Below, in pieces: positions 58,001 through 64,000 of a stretch of 64,000 nucleotides of DNA. Source of the DNA: an uncultured virus (IMG/VR IMGVR_UViG_3300025881_000013). Its lineage: Duplodnaviria; Heunggongvirae; Uroviricota; Caudoviricetes. Made by a program: the position numbers and the translations under genes. Where the stretch lies: the IMG/VR virus record IMGVR_UViG_3300025881_000013; one strand, given 5' to 3'. Within the stretch, counting starts at the first letter, position 1. The number at the start of each line of letters is the position of its first letter. The notes under the pieces are model-generated. The model searched no databases, had not been told where the DNA came from, and saw only the letters and a program-made list of their open reading frames with translations.

Positions 58001-58179
58001 TGGTTAAACTCCTGATTTCTACAACGGTCAAGATATTCTAATATATCTGCTCTCCATTCCATCAACTCAAAGAAACATTCTTGATTGTGAGCACATTTTC
58101 TGAGTTCATGATCTGGTTTCAATACACTCTCATAAAAAAGTCCAAGTGCATCTTTGCGCTTTTGTTGTTTATCAGTCAT
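57997..58179 (-). CDS. Hypothetical protein
   Basis: LFYESVLKPDHELRKCAHNQECF. Confidence 0.7.
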   Translation of the reverse strand: MTDKQQKRKDALGLFYESVLKPDHELRKCAHNQECFFELMEWRADILEYLDRCRNQEFNQ

Positions 58180-58430
58180 AGAAATTGTTCAAGAGAAGAG
58201 GTTGCTTTCTTTTTGATTTTAGAATACTTTTTGATATAATCAAGTGCTTGCTTATACGTTTTTACATTATGCACTTGACTACCATTATGTATAATACAGA
58301 ACCCTTTCTTCTTTCCCGCTAGTGGAACAGCAGCCCACATTCCGTCTTTAGATACAAAACCGTCAGGATCTCCTGATTTTGGGTTCAGGAGACTCTGATT
58401 ATGAACATGGGGTTTGAGAAACTTGGACAT
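58176..58430 (-). CDS. Hypothetical protein
   Basis: GFVSKDGMWAAVP..IIHNG.Q. Confidence 0.7.
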   Translation of the reverse strand: MSKFLKPHVHNQSLLNPKSGDPDGFVSKDGMWAAVPLAGKKKGFCIIHNGSQVHNVKTYKQALDYIKKYSKIKKKATSSLEQFL

Positions 58431-58570
58431 TAGAAAACGGCAGTGACACTCACAATTGTTGCTGTAGGATTACGTGCAAGGGCAGTTTTTTTTGCATCTT
58501 CATAGTCCCGTGCAACAACAACTTCATCAAATACGGTGCCAGCAACATAGAGTTGAACTTTGCATTTCAT
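58430..58570 (-). CDS. 46-aa conserved hypothetical protein (not in ORF track)
   Basis: MKCKVQLYVAGTVFDEVVVARDYEDAKKTALARNPTATIVSVTAVF; first gene after a cassette promoter. Confidence 0.75.
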   Translation of the reverse strand: MKCKVQLYVAGTVFDEVVVARDYEDAKKTALARNPTATIVSVTAVF

Positions 58571-58582
58571 GGTGGTGTTCCC

Positions 58583-58653
58583 TTGATTACCTTTGTATTA
58601 TAGCAGAGTGAGGCAAAGTCGGAAGCAGAGTGTGCCAGTTTATTAATTGGCAG
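58583..58653 (-). promoter_or_regulatory. Early promoter cassette (class B)
   Basis: CTGCCA-N10-TGGCAC, 29 nt, TATAAT, AGGTAATCAAG. Confidence 0.75.
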
Positions 58654-59026
58654 AAAGAGTCCACAAAGGTTCCCGAAGATGATTAGGAATATCAGTTTGT
58701 GTAGGATTAACCATGTGTCTGGGAACGTTTTCTACTTTTGCAAAAAAAGAAACACAATTAATCACAGAATTGGGATGATCTTGCCAATTTTTCCAAATTT
58801 TAGTAGCATCAACTTCGATTTGTTCTCCTGTTGCAACACCAAATCCAAGATCATAATTACCATCATTGCGTTTATCTGCAACAATGACACGTTGATTTTT
58901 ATTAAATTTTCGACCAGTAGTTCCCTGACAAACTGCACCATGTTTAATGGATTTGTTAAGATGTTCTCCATCCGAATTGTAAATGGTAGTTCGCATGGAG
59001 GATGTAATGTATTTTGAAGGATTCAT
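58643..59026 (-). CDS. Hypothetical protein (possible PUA/EVE-like fold)
   Basis: 127-aa ORF with its own TATAAT and AGGTAATC leader at 59043-59060; fold guess is weak. Confidence 0.6.
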   Translation of the reverse strand: MNPSKYITSSMRTTIYNSDGEHLNKSIKHGAVCQGTTGRKFNKNQRVIVADKRNDGNYDLGFGVATGEQIEVDATKIWKNWQDHPNSVINCVSFFAKVENVPRHMVNPTQTDIPNHLREPLWTLSAN

Positions 59027-59068
59027 TTGAATAATAATCTTAGATTACCTGGATATTATAGCACAATA

Positions 59069-59407
59069 TCAACGACGTACAACTTCGAAAAAATCTTCCA
59101 ATGACATTGTAACCAAAGGTTTTCCATCTGGCATCTCACACACAAGAACAGGGATTGTTTCTTTAACACAGTTTAAAACTGATTGTTTATAATAAGTTGA
59201 TAGTGCAGATAAACCTTTTACATTTTTACATTCAATGGAGAATGGAAAAACTCTTTTAGCATGAGATGATAATTGAATGTCAACACCACCAGCACCCATA
59301 CTACAAGACTTTACATCTTCTTGTGGAAGACCAAAAGATTCAATGATGAGATCTCTGATTTTTTGTTGAAACATTCTTCCTTTTTGTTTTAGATATCTAG
59401 TGTTCAT
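59069..59407 (-). CDS. PD-(D/E)xK nuclease, Holliday-junction-resolvase-like
   Basis: KQKGRMFQQ, SMGAGGVDI, FPFSIECKN motifs; start at MNTRY. Confidence 0.8.
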   Translation of the reverse strand: MNTRYLKQKGRMFQQKIRDLIIESFGLPQEDVKSCSMGAGGVDIQLSSHAKRVFPFSIECKNVKGLSALSTYYKQSVLNCVKETIPVLVCEMPDGKPLVTMSLEDFFEVVRR

Positions 59408-59414
59408 AATGACC

Positions 59415-60608
59415 TCAACGACGGATAACAGAGATGGCAGGTTGACCCTGCTTAAACACGGTGTCAACGACTGCCTGAACGGATTTAGCAGTGCTGATGC
59501 CCACTTTATCATAAACTGGAACACAGACCAGTCCAAAGGTCTTCTGGGTGCCTCCTAGACGGATCACACGTCCAATACTTTGCGAAATACCGATATAGTC
59601 CATGTTTCTCATGAACAACACCGCCTCAAGTCCACTGACGTTGATACCTTCAGACAAAATAGAGTGATGAAGAACAACAAACTTTTTGTTAGGATCTTTA
59701 CCCCATGCATTCAGAGTATCAAAGAATACCTCACGATTGACTTTCTGACCATCAATGATTGCACCAGTCTTGGATGTAATATACAGACAGGAATAACCAC
59801 GTTTTGCTAGTTCATTACGGAAATCAGATTGACTCAGAAGTTTGATAATCTGTTTGGTAGAACGTGCGGCAATCAGAATCTTATCCAGTGAGTTCTCATC
59901 AATTGTCTCAATCAGATTCTGACAATCACGGTCGGCAATCATTTGCTTGTCCTGAACCATATCCAGTTGCTTTACAACAACCTTAGGTGGCAGAATGTAT
60001 CCTTGCTCTACTAATGTAGGAGCAGGAATGTTACAGATGACTTTACCGTAGACCTCATAATCATTCATCCCTGGCTTGTAAATAGAGAGAGAATGCTTAG
60101 GAGTAGCAGTGAAGAAGTAACACCGATCAGCATCAGCAGAAAAGTGCTCCGTAGCAGGGAAAAAGTTACGTTGGACTGAGTTATGCGCTTCATCAAAGTA
60201 AATCGTGTTGACTTCGATATCTGCTTCTACAAGACGATGTAGAGAGTGATATGTGGTAAAGATTACTACATTCTCACCAGCAGTTCTAGCAGTATTTACA
60301 AAAAGATTGATCTTTTCTGCTTTTGTTGTGGAGAAGTGTGAAGTCTCACCACTATGAACATGCATCACATGTGTGTGAGTTGTATCAATTACCTCAAGAA
60401 ACTCACTACAAAGTTGCTCTGCAAGCAGAATACGTGGTGCTACAACAACAATAGTAGAACCATTATCAATATACTTTTGATTCTCAACAATATCATGTAT
60501 CATACACAAGGTCTTACCACCACCCGTAGGGATGATCAACTGACCTTTGTCATATGCCAGCATCTCATTCAGTGCTTTGCGTTGATGGGGTCTGAGAGTG
60601 ATGGTCAA
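59415..60608 (-). CDS. Superfamily 2 (DEAH, ResIII-like) helicase
   Basis: LRPHQ, PTGGGKT, FDEAH, FTATP, ILSEGINV, QSIGRVIR. Confidence 0.92.
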   Translation of the reverse strand: MTITLRPHQRKALNEMLAYDKGQLIIPTGGGKTLCMIHDIVENQKYIDNGSTIVVVAPRILLAEQLCSEFLEVIDTTHTHVMHVHSGETSHFSTTKAEKINLFVNTARTAGENVVIFTTYHSLHRLVEADIEVNTIYFDEAHNSVQRNFFPATEHFSADADRCYFFTATPKHSLSIYKPGMNDYEVYGKVICNIPAPTLVEQGYILPPKVVVKQLDMVQDKQMIADRDCQNLIETIDENSLDKILIAARSTKQIIKLLSQSDFRNELAKRGYSCLYITSKTGAIIDGQKVNREVFFDTLNAWGKDPNKKFVVLHHSILSEGINVSGLEAVLFMRNMDYIGISQSIGRVIRLGGTQKTFGLVCVPVYDKVGISTAKSVQAVVDTVFKQGQPAISVIRR

Positions 60609-60618
60609 AGGTGTCCCT

Positions 60619-60745
60619 CGATTACCTTCTTATTATAGCAGAAAACCGTCCCCAGTGCGACCTGGTAGACGGTTCTTAAAGTGTCTTATAGCTTCCTCTT
60701 CAACCCTAACAAAGGTAGTCTACATGGTTTTTAGAGTCTTGTCAA
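60619..60745 (-). promoter_or_regulatory. Tandem promoters heading the early region
   Basis: TTGACA-17-TAGACT (60745-60717); degenerate cassette palindrome at 60666-60687, TATAAT at 60632-60637 and AGGTAATC leader. Confidence 0.65.
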
Positions 60746-60749
60746 GTCC

Positions 60750-62990
60750 TTATACTTGAAGTATCATTACAGAGTAACTTTTGGTGCTAGCACTAGAACT
60801 AAAAGTAATTTTAAATCCAGCAGTTGTTTTATTCACTTCAGGAACAGTAAATGTTGATGTTCCGGTATTAGAAACAATTACCGTATAGTTTGCTGATTGT
60901 AATGCAGTGCTAAAACTAAAGTTTGCATCATTAGTGCTGTTTGCTGGAGCATCCAAATTATATCCGTCAGCAGGAGTTGGTACTGCACCACTAACAATAG
61001 TTCCAAATGCAACAACAGGACTTAAGTTTCTAAATGATGATGCAGTATTTCTAATCTGGATGTTATCTCTTGAGGAGTTATATACTAATCCTCCAGGAAC
61101 AAGTCCATTTGGAGTAACTTTTCTTGAAAGTACTGTCCCAAATCCAGATGGATTCTGCCATAAATTACTAACAACACTTATCTGAGTTTCTGTTAATGAT
61201 GGAGGAATGAAATAACTATTCATCGATGTAGAAGCAGTTCCTACATCAAATACAGACCTTGCAAAGTAAGTATTGACACCAACTGATGATAAGTATTCTG
61301 ATTCACTTCCACCTGGTATATGATTTTTTGAAATTATTCCAAGATTAGTTGATCCAAATCCTACGGTAGCAACTCCAACTGTAGGAACTATTAGAAAATT
61401 AGATGAAATAAATCCTGCTGCACCACTATCAACTTGGAAATCCCCATAAGACAAGAATGGAATTGTTGAACCTAAATCACTTGGAATTGTTCTAGGATCT
61501 GATTGAAAAGATCCGTCAATATTTGTTGTAATTCCAAGTGTCTGCTTGGATATGAATCCTTCTGTAGAATATGCTACTCCAAATATTTGAAGTTTTGGAT
61601 TAATACCTCCAGTAGCAAAACCAACGTTTGTTGTTGTTCCTATACCAACGTCATTTCCAACATAAACATCAGAAGATACTGTTATTCCTCCTCCAACTTG
61701 AATATCTTGCACACTCAACTTATTAAATGTGCTAATTCCACTTAAAGTATTAAAATTTTGACTATCTGAAACTGGTATAGGACTACCATCACCAAGAGTT
61801 ACTTGTTCTGAACCTGTTCCGACTGTAAGTATACCTACAATTTGAGAATTTCCAGTAATAAGAGCATCACCACCAACTTCTAAATTATTTTCTAATGCAG
61901 CACCACCACGATTTACACCAACTTTTCCATCATAAGTGACTTCAAACTGTGTTGAATTGTCATAGTTGACATTGAAACTTTCTGTTGTGCCTGTACCAGT
62001 CCCTTCATGAAGATTGATACTGACTCCACCAACATCGTAGTTATTAATATCCAAACGTCCTGTGCCTGGTGTATAGAGTAACTGGGCACTACTATTACCT
62101 GCACCTACAGATTCACCAATACTTACAGATGAGTTTGTTGTACTCGTAACAACAAGACTTGCTGCAGCAGATTTATTGATTCTTAAATCATCAAAGGTTC
62201 CAATACCAACATCAGCATTAGTGATGTTTGCATTCGTGATTGTTCCTGTGGTAATTGTTCCGGTAGTAATCGTTGATGTTGTTGATTCTGTAGGACCAAC
62301 AAACTTACTCGCAGTTACAATACCACTTGTATTTGCACTGAAACTAGATGACAGTTCAGATGGTAAACTAACATTACCTGTTCCATCGAAAGATATAGTG
62401 CTTGATTCTAAATCACCAGTGATATTAAAATCTCTCGCAGTTTCAAGTTTAGTTGCAGATGCAGCTACACCAGTTACATTACCAGTTACATTACCTGTTA
62501 AATTTCCAACAAAACTAGTTGCAGTAACTATACCACTTGCAAGAATATTTCCACCATCAAAACCCGCACCAGTTGCTGTGGCAGGGTCTCCTCCTATTTG
62601 TAAATTATATACTGGATTTGTGGTTCCAATACCAATCGATCTAAATGTATGTAATCCTACTCCTTGTGAAATCCAACCAGTTGTTGAAATTGCGAAAATA
62701 TTTTGAAGACCGGAGGCATCTCCAACAAATTTTGTTGCTGTGATTACTCCACTACTAGGATCTATATTGACTGGTCCCACTTTTAGATCATTATAAAAGT
62801 TTGCAGTCTGTGCAACTCCTAAGGTTATTGTTGTTGTAAATCCAGTAATTTTTGCATTTCCAATCAAATCGAGAGATTCAGTAGGGATAGATGTTCCAAT
62901 CCCCACCAGACCATTCGAATTTACAATGAAATTATCATTATCAACCTGAACACCATTCCTAAAATTAAATGACTTCCTAATATTTGCCAT
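60750..62990 (-). CDS. Tail fibre protein
   Basis: KSFNFRNGVQVD..GLVGIGT, repeated GIGTTNP/GIVTA motifs; late-promoter-like GATAAATA at 63009-63016. Confidence 0.85.
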   Translation of the reverse strand: MANIRKSFNFRNGVQVDNDNFIVNSNGLVGIGTSIPTESLDLIGNAKITGFTTTITLGVAQTANFYNDLKVGPVNIDPSSGVITATKFVGDASGLQNIFAISTTGWISQGVGLHTFRSIGIGTTNPVYNLQIGGDPATATGAGFDGGNILASGIVTATSFVGNLTGNVTGNVTGVAASATKLETARDFNITGDLESSTISFDGTGNVSLPSELSSSFSANTSGIVTASKFVGPTESTTSTITTGTITTGTITNANITNADVGIGTFDDLRINKSAAASLVVTSTTNSSVSIGESVGAGNSSAQLLYTPGTGRLDINNYDVGGVSINLHEGTGTGTTESFNVNYDNSTQFEVTYDGKVGVNRGGAALENNLEVGGDALITGNSQIVGILTVGTGSEQVTLGDGSPIPVSDSQNFNTLSGISTFNKLSVQDIQVGGGITVSSDVYVGNDVGIGTTTNVGFATGGINPKLQIFGVAYSTEGFISKQTLGITTNIDGSFQSDPRTIPSDLGSTIPFLSYGDFQVDSGAAGFISSNFLIVPTVGVATVGFGSTNLGIISKNHIPGGSESEYLSSVGVNTYFARSVFDVGTASTSMNSYFIPPSLTETQISVVSNLWQNPSGFGTVLSRKVTPNGLVPGGLVYNSSRDNIQIRNTASSFRNLSPVVAFGTIVSGAVPTPADGYNLDAPANSTNDANFSFSTALQSANYTVIVSNTGTSTFTVPEVNKTTAGFKITFSSSASTKSYSVMILQV

Positions 62991-63007
62991 TATTATAAGC
63001 TTTAGAG

Positions 63008-64000
63008 TTATTTATCCTGTAATTTTTGTTCAAGTGCATCGACCTTACCAGAGAGTTCTTTAATTGCCTCTACAAGCAGAGGAACAACCTTATGGTAATC
63101 AACTGCAAGGTATCCATTGTCTCTTGTTGTAACTGCTTCTGGGAGAACTTTTTCAATCTCTTGTGCAATCAATCCAACATCATTTCCCGACTTATTAGAC
63201 TTATCATTCCAATCAAATGTATTACCACTGATTGAAATGACTTTTGATAGAGGATCATGGATTGGAGTAATATTATCCTTTAATCTTTCATCGGAGGACC
63301 AGAATGCTGTAATATCGTCAGTTACACTCAAAATACCAGTAATTGTGGTATTTGTTTGAATTGCAACAAGTGATCCTACAATAGAACTTATTTTAAAATC
63401 ACCAGATGAAGTATCAATAGTATTATCATCAGTCTGGGCAATTTGAATATTGCCAAATGTTGCACCTGCTGCTACTATAGTTGAAAAAGTAGTGTTTCCA
63501 GTTACATCAAAATCTCCTGTAATGTTTGTATTGCCACCAACAAAAAGATTTTTAGCAATACTAACACCACCATCAATCACAACAGAACCATTTCCAATAC
63601 CGGTACTATTTGTAGTATTAAGTATTCTTAATTTACCAATAAGTGCTAGTGTATTTTTAATTCTTACTTCACCACCAAAGGTAACAGGTCCATCAAACTG
63701 TGAAAGAATTTGACGTGAATCTCCACCTTCAACAACAATTCTTTCCTTAACAGTAATTTCGTCAAAGATTGCACTCAATCTTGCGGGATCTTCTCCAGTA
63801 ACTGTCGGAATTGGAGTATCAAATGAAGTTTCCTCACCAGTCGAAGAAGATTTCTTGGTATTACCAATATAGAAGTCACCTCTGTTGTTCATACCAGTAT
63901 AAACAACAATACCAGCAGATCTTTCTTGAGATTGTGTTAAGAACTCTTCTTTTTCTGTCAGAGTTCTTGTTTGAACTTGTGGAAGACCAGTTGAATAGTT
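63008..64000 (-). CDS. Tail fibre protein, C-terminal part with S74 intramolecular chaperone (runs off window)
   Basis: SDERLKDNI..G.TFDW..GLIAQEIEKVLPEAV..VDY..VPLLVEAIKEL. Confidence 0.9.
   Translation of the reverse strand, partial: NYSTGLPQVQTRTLTEKEEFLTQSQERSAGIVVYTGMNNRGDFYIGNTKKSSSTGEETSFDTPIPTVTGEDPARLSAIFDEITVKERIVVEGGDSRQILSQFDGPVTFGGEVRIKNTLALIGKLRILNTTNSTGIGNGSVVIDGGVSIAKNLFVGGNTNITGDFDVTGNTTFSTIVAAGATFGNIQIAQTDDNTIDTSSGDFKISSIVGSLVAIQTNTTITGILSVTDDITAFWSSDERLKDNITPIHDPLSKVISISGNTFDWNDKSNKSGNDVGLIAQEIEKVLPEAVTTRDNGYLAVDYHKVVPLLVEAIKELSGKVDALEQKLQDK

Noticed and set aside
39163..58653. TGGCAC half-sites as sigma54 -24 elements
   Set aside because: No TTGC at -12, the sites occur as inverted pairs, and cyanobacteria lack sigma54.
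39163..58653. Palindrome as an NtcA, CRP or Pho box
   Set aside because: Half-site and spacing do not match GTA-N8-TAC, TGTGA-N6-TCACA or direct-repeat Pho boxes.
457..63713. The many plus-strand ORFs in the track (e.g. 457-816, 10188-10667, 26020-26475, 62176-62706)
   Set aside because: Nearly all are antisense shadows of well-supported minus-strand genes, with no recognisable motifs or expression signals.
42653..64000. Diversity-generating retroelement or invertible cassette acting on the fibre/adhesin genes
   Set aside because: No reverse transcriptase, recombinase or template/variable repeat pair seen in the window.

Overview
This is a 64-kb segment of a T4-like marine cyanophage (cyanomyovirus) genome, with essentially all genes on the minus strand. 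Positions 1-35 kb hold the conserved late morphogenesis cluster (gp20 partial, gp19, gp18, gp17, gp16, gp15, gp14, gp13, a VrlC/DUF4815-like protein, gp8, gp7, gp6, gp25) with T4-type TATAAATA late promoters. Positions 35-37 kb hold conserved small genes, a glycosyltransferase and an AbrB-like regulator. Positions 37.2-40.8 kb form a visibly GC-richer block of small early genes, including a HicA-like RNase and a ligase-like nucleotidyltransferase. Positions 40.8-41.4 kb are a dense signal region: a palindrome array, divergent sigma70 promoters, late promoters, a 32-bp tandem repeat, three phased DnaA boxes and an AT-rich tract. It is a candidate origin or genome-end signal. Positions 41.4-45 kb encode a gp38-like adhesin with three 2OG-Fe(II) oxygenases and two Cys-rich proteins. 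Positions 45-60.7 kb are early accessory genes organised in cassettes, each headed by a GTGNCA-N10-TGNCAC palindrome plus a -10 box. They include CP12, a glutaredoxin-like protein, a helicase and a four-gene island (nuclease-like, ParB-like, split and permuted adenine methyltransferase). Positions 60.7-64 kb are tail-fibre genes. No tRNA, rRNA, CRISPR or transposase was seen. All family assignments come from visual motif recognition, not from database searches.
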